From the NCBI RefSeq assembly GCF_028641065.1, contig NC_073414.1:5456001-5520000 (forward strand): a stretch of DNA of 64,000 nt. Direction: 5' to 3'. The notes beneath the pieces are model-generated. The model was not told where the DNA came from, did not search any database, and saw only the letters and a program-made list of their open reading frames with translations. The stretch comes from Leucoraja erinacea. Its lineage: Eukaryota. Every line of letters starts with the position of its first letter. Within the stretch, counting starts at the first letter, position 1. The position numbers and the translations under genes are program-made. Shown here in pieces: positions 22,797 through 36,794 of the stretch.

Positions 22797-25700
22797 TTCA
22801 TGCTCGAAGAGCAGAGAGCAGATCATTTTCGGGTTGGGGACTGGAGTTAGTGTGCAGCGACATAATCTGAATCAATGGATGGGTGGAAGAAGGTGCTTTA
22901 TATCCATATTTGGCTTGGGTGAATAATTGTAAATTGTCCCTAGTGTGTAGTATAGTGCTCTAGTGTACAGGTTGATCACTGGTCAGCACGGACTCGGTGG
23001 GCCGAAGGGCCTGCTTCCTCGTTATATCTCCAAACTAAACTAACACTAAACAGTAGATAGACACAACAAGCTGGAGTAACTCAGTGGGACAGGCAGCATC
23101 TCTGGTGAGAAGGAATGGGTGACGTTTCGTGTTGAGACCCCTCAGTGTCTATCTTCGATTTAAACCAGCATCTATCTGCAGTTCTTTCTTACACATAAAA
23201 CTAAATAATCAATGTTGGTGGATGTCACAGTGTTTACGTCCTCGTTGGACTCTCTGGTTTCTGTCTGTGGCTGATGTCAAGTACCCGGCTGTCTGCATTA
23301 GGAAGTTTAATTTTGCCCATGTGGTGGTCTATCCACAGAGAGTTGCTGGCTGACTCACAGCGCTAGAGACCCGGGTTCCATCCTGACCACGAGTGCTGTC
23401 TGTACGGAGTTTGCACGTTCTCCCCGTGACCTGCGTGGGTTTTCTCCGGGTGCTCCGGTCTCTGACCACACTCAAAAGACGTGCAGGTTTGTAGGTTAAT
23501 TGCCTTCTGTAAATTTCCCCGATGGAACTAGTGTACGGGTGAATATGCTGGTCGACATGAACTCAGTGTATGACTTTGATTCCTGGTTGTCTGGTTTTGG
23601 AGTAGCATGGATAAATGTATCTCTTACAACGCCTCGACTGCTACGTTTGACTTGAAACATTTATTTTAGTCAAAGCGATTAGAATAATTTAACCGTAAAA
23701 TGGTCTGGTTCATTTTTTTTTTTCTTTTTCTTTTTTTTTTCTGTACAGCACTTTGGTCAGCTTTGGTTGTTTTTTAAGGTGCTTAACAAATAAAGTTATT
23801 ATTATTATTATCTCTAATCGACAGTCTACACTCTTTGTTCTTATTTCAGATTTTCAGCATCTGCGTTAGACACGGAAACAGGCCCTTCGGCCCAATGAGT
23901 CTGTGCCGACCAGCGATCACCCCGTACACTCGCACCATCCTATGCACTAGGGACAACCTACAATTTCCAGAAGCCAATTAACCTACAAACCTGCGCGTCT
24001 TTGATGTGTGGGAGGAAACCGGAGCACCCGGAGAAAACCCACACGGTCAGAGGGAGAATGTATAAACTCTGCGCAGACAGCACCCGTAGTCAGGATTGAA
24101 CCCGGGTCTCCAGCGCTGTGAGGCAGCAACTCTACCGCTGTGCCACGGTGCCAGCGCTTCTGCTGAATTAATTTTGGTTTGCAGTTTAGGGGCACTGACG
24201 TGCCTATAAAAAAAGATTGAAAGGTGGGTACACCAACAGATTCAACCACAGCTTCTACCCTATCAGATTTGTGAATGTTCCTCTCACAGGCCCCCGACCG
24301 CAGGAGAACAAAGAAGGGAAGAAACCAAACTTTGTTTTCGCCTTCCATCACAGTGAGGAATGTGGAGGAGTCACTGTGGTGGATGTTTATGTTAAAATGT
24401 ATTTTGTGTGTCCTGTTGCTTTTTAATGGTATGACTGTATGGCAAATTAAATTCCTCGTATGTTGCAAAATATACTTGGCTAATCAAGTATGATTATGGT
24501 TATTATGATAAGTTAAAGATGAATTTCCAGGATCTTCCAATCTACCTCATTGTGACCTTGCACTTTTTTAAAAATTGCACTTTCTCTGCAGATACAACAC
24601 AATATACTGCTCTCCGTTACTTTTCTCTTTTTGCACAACCTGATGTACCAATGTATAGTTTGATTGTAATCAAGTATGGATGATTTTTGTTATAGCACGC
24701 AAAATAAAGGTTTTCATTGTATCTCGGTACACGTGAATAACAAACTAATACCAATATTGTTACATCTATAATCCATTGGTTCTTCTCACAGTACCAGATC
24801 CTCATGGCTGGACCCAAAGTATTGCCACACAGGGTGGCACGTTGGCACAGCGGTAGAGCTACTGTCTTACTTACTTACTTAACTACCTCCTCTGGCAGCT
24901 CGTTCCATACACCCACCACCACCTTTTGTGTGGAAAAGGTTACCCCTTGGATTCCTATGAAACTGCAGTTTCTTGCGGTTGTGGGCGGAGCTGTTCCCAA
25001 ACCCAGCTGTGATGCGACGTGACAGAATGTTGGGATAATGATGTCCGGATGATGTAATCTGGAGTCGGACCCGAGTCTCTAGCGCTGCAAAGGGCCTGTC
25101 CCACATCGGCTATTTTTAGGCGACTGTCAGCGACTGTCATGGTCGTAGCAGGTCATCGAAAAACCAGTGACTGGACCCCCCCCCTTCGACATGAAATTTG
25201 AAATAGAATCATTACTTTAACAACAAAAAAAACGAAGTCAGCACCAGCTGCAACTTACGTTAACCTGGCTACAACTACGACAGCACCTACGTCACGAGAA
25301 GTCAAGCTATGCTCATTGGCGTCAAACCCACTGTCACCGACTGTCTCCGAAAATCCAGCGGCGACCAGAAGCATGGAGACATAGAAACATAGACAATAGG
25401 TGCAGGAGTAGAGGCCATTCGGCCCTTCGAGCCTGCACCGCCATTCAATATGATCATGTCTGATCATCCAACTCAGTATCCCATCCCTGCCTTCTCTCCA
25501 TACCCCCTGGTCCCTTTAGCCACAAGGGCCACAACTAACTCCCTCTCAAATATAGCCAATGAACTGTGGCCTCAACTATCTTCTGTGGCAGAGAATTCCA
25601 CAGATTCACCACTCTCTGTGTGAAAAATGTTTTTCTCATCTTGGTCCTAAAAGATTTCCCCCTTATCCTTAAACTGTGTGACCCCTTGTCCTGGACTTCC

Positions 25701-26169
25701 CCAACATCGGGAACAATCTTCCTGCATCTAGCCTGTCCAACCCCTTAAGAATTTTGTAAGTTTCTATAAGATCCCCCCTCAATCTTCTAAATTCTAGTGA
25801 GTACAAGCCGAGTCTATCCAGTCTTTCTTCATATGAAAGTCCTGCCATCCCAGGAATCAGTCTGGTGAACCGTCTCTGTACTCCCTCTATGGCAAGAATG
25901 TCTTTCATCAGATTTGGAGACCAAAACTGTACGCAATACTCGTTAAGACTTTTCATACTTTTCTGGGACGATGTGGAAACATATCCACAATTATTCATCA
26001 AAACAATTTTTGGCATCAGCTGGAATAAGGCGCCGGTTTCAATGACTGTAATTAGCGTAAAAACGCAATGATGCCTTCCTGATGTGTTCCCTGGTGAGTG
26101 ATATTGGGTATAAATATAACAGACTGTGAATACAGTGTATTTATTGTCCGCTGAAAACCTCCGCACACA

Positions 26170-26239
26170 ATGCACGGACTTCCAAAGATCTTGTTGTTTG
26201 CCATCTACTATCCAGTCATTGCAGCCATCGGCATTCCTG
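26170..26239 (+). CDS. GPR139-like orphan GPCR copy B, exon 1
   Basis: Same sequence as 17637-17706; TATA box at 26109. Confidence 0.85.
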
Positions 26240-27693
26240 GTAACGTATTAACTTTCATTTTCAATCTGCAACATTTTGTGATATACTTGTTCTCTCTTTG
26301 GTATTATTAGTTTCTATTAATTGTAGAATCGTGGCCCATGTTGCTTATGCAGATGACCCTAGAACCGGCATAGAAACTGGCCCTTCGGCCCAACTTGCCC
26401 ATGCTGACCAAGATGCCCCATCTACGCTAGTCTTACGTTTTGGTCCATATCCCTCTAAACCTTTCCCAACCATGTACCAGAGGATGTAGGTTTAAGGTGA
26501 AGGGGAAAAGATATGAATCATGAAGGAAGAGGTTACCCCTCAGAATCCTATTCATATCTAATAATACTAACACGAGGGGAATAGATCGGGTAGATGCACA
26601 GAGTCTCTTGGCCAGAGTAGGGGAATCGAGGACCAGAGGACATAGGGTTAAGATGAAGGGGAAAAGATATGAATAGGATTCTGAGGGGTAACTTTTTCCT
26701 TCAAAAGGTGGTGGGTGTATGGAACGAGCTGCCTGAGGAGGTAGTTGATGCTGGGACTATCCCAACGTTTAAGAAACAGTTAGACGGGTACATGGATAGG
26801 ACAGGTTTGGAGGGTTATGGACCAAACCCAGGCAGGTGGGACTAGTGTAGCTGGGACACGTTGGCCGGTGTGGGCAAGTTGGGCCGAAGGGCCTGTTTCC
26901 ACTGTATCACTCTATGACTCTAATCTTATTATTCTCCCAGTATCGTTGATTTATTTTAATTAGACGTTTGTAAGTGAGAGGAGCAGAATTAGGCTCATCA
27001 AGTCTACTCCGCCATTTAATCAATGGCTGGTCTCAATCCCATTCTCCTGCCTTCTCCCCATAACCACTCACACATGTGGACTAATCAAGAATCTATCTAT
27101 CTCTGCCTTAAATACATCCACTCACTCTCATTCACTCACACTCACTCTCTCATACTCACACTCACACTCACTCTCTCAAACTCACACTCACACTAATTCT
27201 CTCACACTCACACTCACTCTCATTCCCTCAAACTCACACTCATTCTCTCACACACTCACACTCTCATTCTCTCACACACTCACACTCACATTCTCTCACA
27301 CACTCACACTCGCACTAGCACTCACACACTCATTCTCACACACTCTCACACTCACACTCACTCACTCTCATTCTCTCACACACTCGCACTAGCACTCACT
27401 CACCCTCATTCTCACATCCTCTCACACTCACTCTCACACACTCACACTCACTCTAATTCTCATTCTCTCACACTCACACTCACTCTCATCCTCTCACAAA
27501 TTCACACTAACATTCACTCGCACTCACACTCACTCTCATTCTCACATTCTCTCACACTCACACTCATACTCTCTCACACTCACACTCGCACTCATTCTCA
27601 TTCTCTCACACACACACACACACACACACTCACACTCACACTCACACTCACACTCACTAGCATGCCCCGCTGCGTGTGTGTGGTGTCTTGCAG

Positions 27694-28595
27694 CTAACGT
27701 GGCGGTGATTTGGATCTTGTGCCGACGCCGGTGTGGGCTATCGGGCTGCATCACCTTGTACCTACTGTCCATGGCAGTGACCGATCTGCTGGTGCTGATC
27801 ACGGCGGTGATCCTGAACCGGGTTGTGGCCATGAACTCCCCGGCCAACCCGCTCACCTTCTCCCCGCTGTGCAACGTCAACTTCGTGCTGGTGTACGCGG
27901 TGAGGGACTGCTCCGTCTGGACAACCGTGGTGTTCACCTTCGACCGCTTCGTGGCCATTTGTTGCCACAAACTGAAAGCCACGTATTGCAGGGAGCGGAT
28001 AGCAGCCGCTGTGGTCGCCACAGTCTGTGCTCTCAGCTCATTCAAGAACGCATTCTGGTATTTCATCTTTGAGCCCCTTGCTAAAGGCGAGGCCACTCCG
28101 TGCAAAATCAAGCCCTCCTTTTACACCTCGCCCGCCTGGGTGGCCTTTGACTGGATCGACAGCATCCTCACCCCCTGTCTCCCCTTCGTCTTAATTCTCC
28201 TCCTCAATTTCCTGACCGTCCGCCACATTTTAAGGGCGATTTCAACCCGCAGGAAACTCCGGGGCAACGAGGACAGAGAGGGTCAGAGTGACCCGGAGAC
28301 TGAGAACCGCAGGAGGTCCATAGTCCTTCTCTTGAGCATCTCAGGTCTCTTCATCCTCCTGTGGCTCCTGGTGTTAATCACCTTCCTCTACATCCGCATC
28401 GCCAGCGTCACCTACTTCTCCGGCTCCAACTTCAATGAGTCCAACTTCCTCCTGGAAGAAAGTGGCTACATGCTGCAGTTCCTCTGCTCCTGCGCCAATC
28501 CCTTCATCTACGCCGGCACCCAGAATAGATTCAGGGCAGAGCTGAAACTGGGGTTGAAATATCCACTCTCCCTCATTGGCAAACTGCGGAAATAA
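27694..28595 (+). CDS. GPR139-like orphan GPCR copy B, exon 2 (323 aa spliced)
   Basis: Near-identical paralogue of copy A (6 amino-acid differences), intact ORF. Confidence 0.9.
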
Positions 28596-31500
28596 ACCAA
28601 TTCAAAAAAAAAAAAAAAAACGCAAAAGTGCTGGAGGAATCAGCGCTGGAAGTGGCACAGCGGTAGAGTTGCTGCCTTAGGGCCTGTCCTACTTACGCGA
28701 CCTTCACAGGCGACTGCCCCCACCCGTGTTAGGTCGCCGAAATGTTCAACATGTTGACAATTCAGCGGCAACCAGAAAGACTCTAAGATTTTTTGGAGAC
28801 CTCTCATAACCATAGGAGACCTCTCATGACCATAGGAGACCTCTCACAACCATAGGAGACCTCTCACAACCATAGGAGACCTCTCATGACCATACCGCCT
28901 GGGTTCGATCCCGACTATGGCTGCTGACTGTACGGAGTTTGCACGTTCTCCCCGACACCTGCGTGGGTTTTCTCCGGAGATCTTCGAATTTCCTCCCACA
29001 CGCTTGGGCAGTTTACACCCCAGCGGTATGAACATTGACTTCTCCAATTTCAGGTAGTCCTTGCTTTCTCCCTCCTTCTCCTCCCCTTCCCAGCTCTCCC
29101 ACATCCCACCATCTCCACCTCATCCTTTCTTCTTCCCGCCCCACCACCCTCCACCGACATCAGTCTGGAGCAGGGTCACCTATTTCCTTCGCTCCATAGA
29201 TGCTGCCCTACCCGCTGAGTTTCTCCAGCATTTTTATCTACCTCCAAAGACGTTACACAGTTTGGTGTATGTGTAAATTGTCCCTAGTGTGTGTCGGGCA
29301 GTGTTAATGTGTGGGGATCGCTGGTTGGCACGGACTCGATGGGCCGAAGGGACTGTTTCTGTGCTGTATCTCTGAACTGAACTAAAAATGATTCCAGCTA
29401 ATAAAAATAAAAAGGAATCATAACTTAACCACAGATGCTGCCTGACCTGTTGAGCTCGTGAATGAGTTCATAAGACAAGTTTGTTGCCACATTCATAGGA
29501 AACAAACATACTTAGTAATATTGGCCAATTCGGACATTCTACCTCAGTTCAGTTTAGTTTATTGTCACGTGTGTCGAGGTACAGTGAAAAGCTTTTAGAT
29601 ACATAGATACATAGAAAATAGGTGCAGGAGTAGGCCATTCAGCCCTTCGAGCCTGCACCGCCATTCAATATGATAATGGCTGATCATCCAATTCAGTATC
29701 CTGTACCTGCCTTCTCTCCATACACCCTGATCCCTTTAGCCACAAGGGCCACATCTAACTCCCTCTTAAATATAGCCAATGAACTATGGCCTCAACTACC
29801 CTCTGTGGCAGAGAGTTTCGTTGTGTGCTAACCAGTCAGCGGAAAGACAATACATGATTACAATCGAGCCATTCAGTGTACAGATACATGATAAGGGAAT
29901 AACGTTTAGTGCAAGGTAAAGTCCGATCAAGGATAGTCCGAGGATCATCAAGGAGGTAGATAATAGTTCAGCACTGCTCCCTGGTTCCTGGAGGAACTAT
30001 TAAAACTAACAATAATAAAAGGAATAAAAACAATAAAAAGCTCCATAGATGCTGCCTCACCCGCTGAGTTTCTCCAGCATTTTTGTCTACCTTCGATTTT
30101 TCCAGCATCTGCAGTTCCTTCTTAAACATAATAAAAGGAGTAGTAATTTAAACAAGCATCCCACATTTTAGTTGTAGCAACAATAATGGACAAGTTCTAC
30201 CTGTCATGTCCCTAGACTACAGAGAGCCACCCCCGCACACTAGCACTATCCTACACACACTAGGGACAATTCAGAAATGACAGAAGCCAATTAACCTGCA
30301 AACCTGCACGTCTTTGGAGTGTGGGAGGAAACCGGAGCACCCGGAGGAAATCCACGCGGTCATAAGGAGAACATGCAAACTCTGTACAGACAGCACCCGT
30401 AGTCGGTATAAGGCAGCAACTCTACCTCTTGGAATAGATTAAATGTTTCTTCATGCTCGAAGAGCAGAGAGCAGATCATTTTCCGGTTGGGGACTGGAGT
30501 TAGTGTGCAGCGACATAATCTGAATCAATGGATGGGTGGAAGAAGGTGCTTTATATCCATATTTGGCTTGGGTGAATAATTGTAAATTGTCCCTAGTGTG
30601 TAGTATAGTGCTCTAGTGTACAGGTTGATCACTGGTCAGCACGGACTCGGTGGGCCGAAGGGCCTGCTTCCTCGTTATATCTCCAAACTAAACTAACACT
30701 AAACAGTAGATAGACACAACAAGCTGGAGTAACTCAGTGGGACAGGCAGCATCTCTGGTGAGAAGGAATGGGTGACGTTTCGTGTTGAGACCCCTCAGTG
30801 TCTATGTTCGATTTAAACCAGCATCTATCTGCAGTTCTTTCTTACACATAAAACTAAATAAACAATGTTGGTGGATGTCACAGTGTTTACGTCCTCGTTG
30901 GACTCTCTGGTTTCTGTCTGTGGCTGATGTCAAGTACCCGGCTGTCTGCATTAGGAAGTTTAATTTTGCCCATGTGGTGGTCTATCCACAGAGAGTTGCT
31001 GGCTGACTCACAGCGCCAGAGACCCGGGTTCCATCCTGACCACGAGTGCTGTCTGTACGGAGTTTGCACGTTCTCCCCGTGACCTGCGTGGGTTTTCTCC
31101 GGGTGCTCTGGTCTCTGACCACACTCAAAAGACGTGCAGGTTTGTAGGTTAATTGCCTTCTGTAAATTTCCCCGATGGAACTAGTGTACGGGTGAATATG
31201 CTGGTCGACATGAACTCAGTGTATGACTTTGATTCCTGGTTGTCTGGTTTTGGAGTAGCATGGATAAATGTATCTCTTACAACGCCTTGACTGCTACGTT
31301 TGAGTTGAAACATTTATTTTAGTCAAAGCGATTAGAATAATTTAACCGTAAAATGGTCTTGTTCATTTATTTTTTTCTTTTTCTTTTTTTTTTCTGGACA
31401 GCACTTTGGTCAGCTTTGGTTGTTTTTTAAGGTGCTTAACAAATAAAGTTATTATTATTATTATTATCTCTAATCGACAGTCTACACTCTTTGTTCTTAT

Positions 31501-32714
31501 TTCAGATTTTCAGCATCTGTGTTAGACGTGGAAACAGGCCCTTCGGCCCAATGAGTCTGTGTCGACCAGCGATCACCCCGTACACTCGCACCATCCCATG
31601 CACTAGGGACAACCTACAATTTCCAGAAGCCAATTAACCTACAAACCTGCGCGTCTTAGATGTGTGGGAGGAAACGGAGCACCCGGAGAAAACCCACACG
31701 GTCAGAGGGAGAACGTATAAACTCTGCGCAGACAGCACCCGTAGTCAGGATTGAACCCGGGTCTCCGGCGCTGTGAGGCAGCAACTCTACCGCTGTGCCA
31801 CTGTGCCACCGCTTCTGCTGAATTAATTTTGGTTTGCAGTTTAGGGGCACTGACGTGCCTATAAAAAAAGATTGAAAGGTGGGTACACCAACAGATTCAA
31901 CCACAGCTTCTACCCTATCAGATTTGTGAATGTTCCTCTCACAGGCCCCCGACCGCAGGAGAACAAAGAAGGGAAGAAACCAAACTTTTTTTTCGCCTTC
32001 CATCACAGTGAGGAATGTGGAGGAGTCACTGTGGTGGATGTTTATGTTAAAATGTGTTTTGTGTGTCCTGTTGCTTTTTAATGGTATGACTGTATGGCAG
32101 ATTAAATTCCTCGTATGTTGCAAAATATACTTGGCTAATAAAGTATGATTATGGTTATTATGATAAGTTAAAGATGAATTTCCAGGATCTTCCAATCTAC
32201 CTCATTGTGACCTTGCACTTTTTTAAAATTGCACTTTCTCTGCAGATACAACACAATATACTGCTCTCCGTTACTTTTCTCTTTTTGCACAACCTGATGT
32301 ACCAATGGATAGTTTGATTGTAATCAAGTATGGATGATTTTTGTTATAGCACGCAAAATAAAGGTTTTCATTGTATCTCGGTACACCTGAATAACAAATT
32401 AATACCAATATTGTTACATCTATAATCCATTGGTTCTTCTCACAGTACCAGATCCTCATGGCTGGACCCAAAGTGTTGCCACACAGGGTGGCACGTTGGC
32501 ACAGCGGTAGAGCTACTGTCTTACAGTGGCCATTCGGCCCATCAAGTCTATTCAATCATGGGCGATCAATTGAATAAATGAGATGGTCACTAGGCAGCAT
32601 CTCCCCCTCCCCCCCGTTCCGTCCCGACCCCCCGGGAAACTGAAGGGAGCGACAATCAACTGCCACGGATACAAATAATGTCATACGCAAGAAAGGGCAG
32701 ATGCTGGTTGACAA

Positions 32715-32805
32715 AAAGTGAACACTCAGTGCTGGAGTAACACAAAGTGAACACTCAGTGCTGGAGTAACTCAAAGTGAACACTCAGTGCTGGAGTAACA
32801 CAAAG
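32715..32805 (+). repeat. 29-bp tandem repeat, 3 copies
   Basis: AAAGTGAACACTCAGTGCTGGAGTAACAC at period 29. Confidence 0.85.
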
Positions 32806-34430
32806 ACGCTGCAGAATTTTGGAAACATCATCCCGTCACCCATTCCTTCTCTCCAGAGATGCTGCCTGCCCGCTGAGTTAAAGAGTGCCCACCATAAACT
32901 CACGGGCTACTTGCGTTCTTAGAACGAGTTTAAAAGCTTTAAATGTTTAATTTGACACGTGGACATTTTTCATCGTGTTGAAAGATTTTTACGAGTTAAC
33001 AAGTTTCTTGAGTTCCTGCCGTTAGCATTATGAGTCGCTAAGGAAACTTGAACGGAAACCTCTGGAGACTTTGCGCCCCACCCAAGGTTTCCGTGCGGTT
33101 CCCGGAGGTTGCAGGTGGTTGCCGGAGGTTGCAGGTAGTGGAGGCAGGTAGGGAGACTGACAAAAACCTCCGGGAACCGCATGGAAACCTTGGGTAGGGG
33201 GCGCAAAGTCTCCAGAGGTTTCCTGCAGGTTTCCTAAGTGGGACAGGGGCATTAGTAGTCCACGAACTCTACCGCTACCCTCAACCCTCAAATCCTAGTC
33301 TTGTTGTAACGATATCAAGAAATGAGCAGAGCCAAGCACAGGCAAGACACAGGGGTAAACTCAAAAGGCTTTCACTAACAGCTGGGGTAACTCTATGGGT
33401 CAGGCAGCATTTCGGGTCGAGACCCTTCCTCAGACTGCGTCAGGGGAAAGGGATACGAGAGAGATTGACAGTAACGTAGAGAGATGTAGAACAAAGATAT
33501 GCAAAAAAAGATGGGCTTTCACCTAGCACACAGTAAACAATGGCCTGCTGATTTTATCATCGTTAGTTTTTGCATATGTTTCATTCATTTGTTCTATATC
33601 TCTCTACTGGAGTTTAGAAGGATGAGCGGGGGTCTTATGGAAACATATAAAATTATAAAAGGACTGGACAAGCTAGATGCAGGAAAAATGTTCCCAATGT
33701 TGGGCAAGTCCAGAACCAGGGGCCACACAGTCTTAGAATAAAGGGGAGGCCATTTAAGACTGAGGTGAGAAAAAATGTTTTTACCCAGAGAGTTGTGAAT
33801 CTTTGGAATTTGTGGAGTTCCCTGCCACAGAGGGCAGTGGAGGCCAAATCACTGGATGGATTTAAGAGAGAGTTAGATAGAGCTCCAGGGCGTTGCAGAA
33901 TCAAGGGATATGGGGAGAAGGCAGGCACGGGTTATTGATAGGGGATAATCAGCCATGATCAAAATGAATGGCGGTGCTCGCTCATTGAAGGGCCGAATGG
34001 CCTCCTCCTATTTTCTATGTTTCTTACATCACCATCTATATCTCTTGTTTCCCTTTGCCCCCGACTCTCCGTCTGAGGAAGGGTCTCGACCCGAAACGTT
34101 ACCCATTCCTTATCTCCAGTGATGCTGCCTGACCCTCTGAGTCACCCCAGCTTTTAGTGTCATCTCCCAGATCTCATCCTCCAGGTTTTACTTTTCACCC
34201 CTCCTCTGCCAATTTCCAATTGAATTCGAATTTTCTAATTAGCACAAGAGGGATTTAACTTCCCTGTTGCAATATGTTCAGTTTTTTTTTAATGCAATGA
34301 TTCAGGCAGTGTTGCAACCTCGACACCTCCCCGGAGATCAGCAGTGTGTGTATAAATGAAACGCTCGGTGACTGTGTGAGATCCAAGTGATCGAGTCCAA
34401 CACAAGGTCTCTCGTCTCCCCACACGGAAC

Positions 34431-34497
34431 ATGCATTTCCCAGTTCAATTCGCTGCGAAAGTCTGGTACACAGTCATCGCTTTTCTTGGTGTCCCTG
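34431..34497 (+). CDS. GPR139-like orphan GPCR C, exon 1 (MHFPVQFAAKVWYTVIAFLGVP)
   Basis: TATAAA at 34351, ATG, CCTG|gtaagt phase 1; same layout as exon 1 of A and B. Confidence 0.85.
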
Positions 34498-35934
34498 GTA
34501 AGTGAGTCTGTGGATGGGAACAATTTGTGTTTCTTGCAGAATCTACATATAATTCTTTGTTTATGTTTCTAGTGAGTTTGTACGAGTCTGTGTGGCTGTG
34601 ATGCTGTTGCAAGCAAGATTTCCATTGTACCTGCACCTCACATACTTGTGCATTGGACTATAAACTCAACTTGTCTTCACAGATGCTGTTTGACCTGCCA
34701 AGTACATCCAGCGCTCTGTTTGTGTTTTCGATTGCAGCATCTTCAGTTACTTCAATTTCTTGGACAATATATCATTGAATAGACAATAGACAATAGGTGC
34801 AGGAGTAGGCCATTTGGCCCTTCGAGCCAGCATCGCCATTCAATGTGATCATGGCTGATCATCCCCAATCAGTACCCCGTTCCTGCCTTCTCCCCATATC
34901 CCATGACTCTGCTATCTTTAAGAGCCCTATCTAGCTCTCTCTTGAAAGCATCCAGAGAACCGGCCTCCACCACCCTCTGAGGCAGAGAATTCCACAGACT
35001 CACCACTCTCTGTGAGAAAAAGTGTTTCCTCGTCTCCGTTCTAATATAGGAGGAACAGGAATAGGAAGGGGGGAACGGGGTGAGAGGGAAATGGGGAAAT
35101 TGGTGGAGGCCGGTTCTCTGGATACTTTCAAGAGAGAGCTAGATAGGGCTCTTAAAAATAGCGGAGTCAGGGGATATGGGGAGAAGGCAGGAACGGGGTA
35201 CTGATTGGGGATGATCACATTGAATGGCGGTACTGGCTCGTAGGGCCGAATGGCCTACTCCTGCACCTATTGTCTATTGTAATTACCTGGCTTCTCCCAT
35301 AACCCTTGACACCTGTTCTAATCAAGAATGTATCTATCTCCTCCTTAAAAATATCCACTGACTTGGCCTCCATGCCCTCTGTGGCAATGAGGTCCACAGA
35401 TTAACTACCCTCTGGCTAAGGAAGTTCCTGCTCACCTCCTTTCTAAAAGAGCGCCCTTTAATTCTGTGGCTGCGACCTCTGGTCCTAGACTCTCCCACCA
35501 GTGGAAACATCCTCTCCACATCCGTGCTATCTGTGCCTTGAGCAGTGATCATGTTGCCCCTTGGTTAAATTTTATAAGGCTTGGGGAAGATTTATTCCAC
35601 ATTTTCACACAACATAAATTGTCCCCTCTCCAACCGTTATCAAAATAATTTTACCTTTATACGGTGGAACGGACTTGACGACAAACAGGGACTTAAATTG
35701 TTGAAATTCTCAGATTCTATTTTGCATTTTTTTTACTAGTTTAAGGGGTTTTTGTTTCATAGTTTTTTCTCTTTTGTGCTTTTTTTCCTTTTTTTTAAAA
35801 TATATATAAGTTTTCTTTAAAACATTTAACTATATTTACATAGAGACCGGGAGGTCTATATTCAATGTATATTTTGATACTGGGCTCATATTTAGGTTAT
35901 ACATATTATTAATGTAATCCTGATCCCTATGGTA

Positions 35935-36690
35935 AAACCTCCTTCTTTCATCTCCGCAACATTGCCAAACTCAGACCCTCTCTCACACCTCCCGCTGCTG
36001 AAAGACTCATCCATGCCTAAATCTCCTTCCGACGGGACTATTGCAACTCACTTCTCCTTGGCATCAGCTCCACCTACATCAACCAATTCCAACTGGTCCA
36101 GAACGCAGCCGCCCGACTCATCACCCACACCAAATCCTGGCATCACATCACTCCAGTCCTCAAACAACTTCACTGGCTTCCCATCTCCCACCGGATCACC
36201 TACAAAATCCTGATCCTCACCTACATAGCCCTCCACCATCTGGCCCCCCATATCTCACTGACCTCCTCTCCCCCTACCAACCCTCACGGTCCCTCAGATC
36301 CACATCAGCCGGTCTCCTGTCCATCCACAAGTCCAACCTCCGCAGTTTAGGGGACAGAGCCTTCTCCAGGGCAGCTCCCAGGCTCTGGAACTCCCTCCCC
36401 CAACTGATCCGCAATTCCGTGTCCCTCACCATCTTCCAGTCCCGCCTCAAGACCCATCTCTTCACCTCTGCCTATCCTTAGCCCCACGTCCCCTTCCCTT
36501 TTCATCTGTGCTTGAATTGCCTCATATTGTGTTTTGTATTGAATTATGTCTTTACTTTGTGTACTAGTCATGTCTGTATTATTTATTTCATTCCCCTTAC
36601 ATGTTTTTCCTCTACCTGCTAAATTTTTGTAAGGTGTCCTTGAGACTCTTGAAAGGCGCCCATAAATAACATTTATTATTATTATTATTA
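35935..36690 (+). mobile_element. L2 LINE 3' fragment
   Basis: QLVQNAAARL, LHWLP, DRAFSRAAPRLWNSLP, FQSRLKTHLF motifs across frames; (ATT)n tail. Confidence 0.85.
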
Positions 36691-36794
36691 TGTATCAATA
36701 CCATTGTTATTTTTATCATTATTCTTTTTGTTTTTGGAACAAAAGCTAATAAAAAGATTTTAAAAGTAAGTGATCATGTTGTGATGATGTGATG

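Larger units (their letters stand above)
16324..24870 (+). repeat. Tandem duplication unit 1 (contains GPCR A)
   Basis: Collinear and near-identical to 24866-32524, including TE fragments and intron. Confidence 0.92.
24866..32524 (+). repeat. Tandem duplication unit 2 (contains GPCR B)
   Basis: Starts in the (TTAC)n tract and ends at gctactgtcttac like unit 1; lacks the CR1 at 21916. Confidence 0.92.

Noticed and set aside
32715-32805. Second CRISPR-like 29-bp repeat
   Set aside because: Three contiguous copies with no spacers; partly Penelope-repeat sequence
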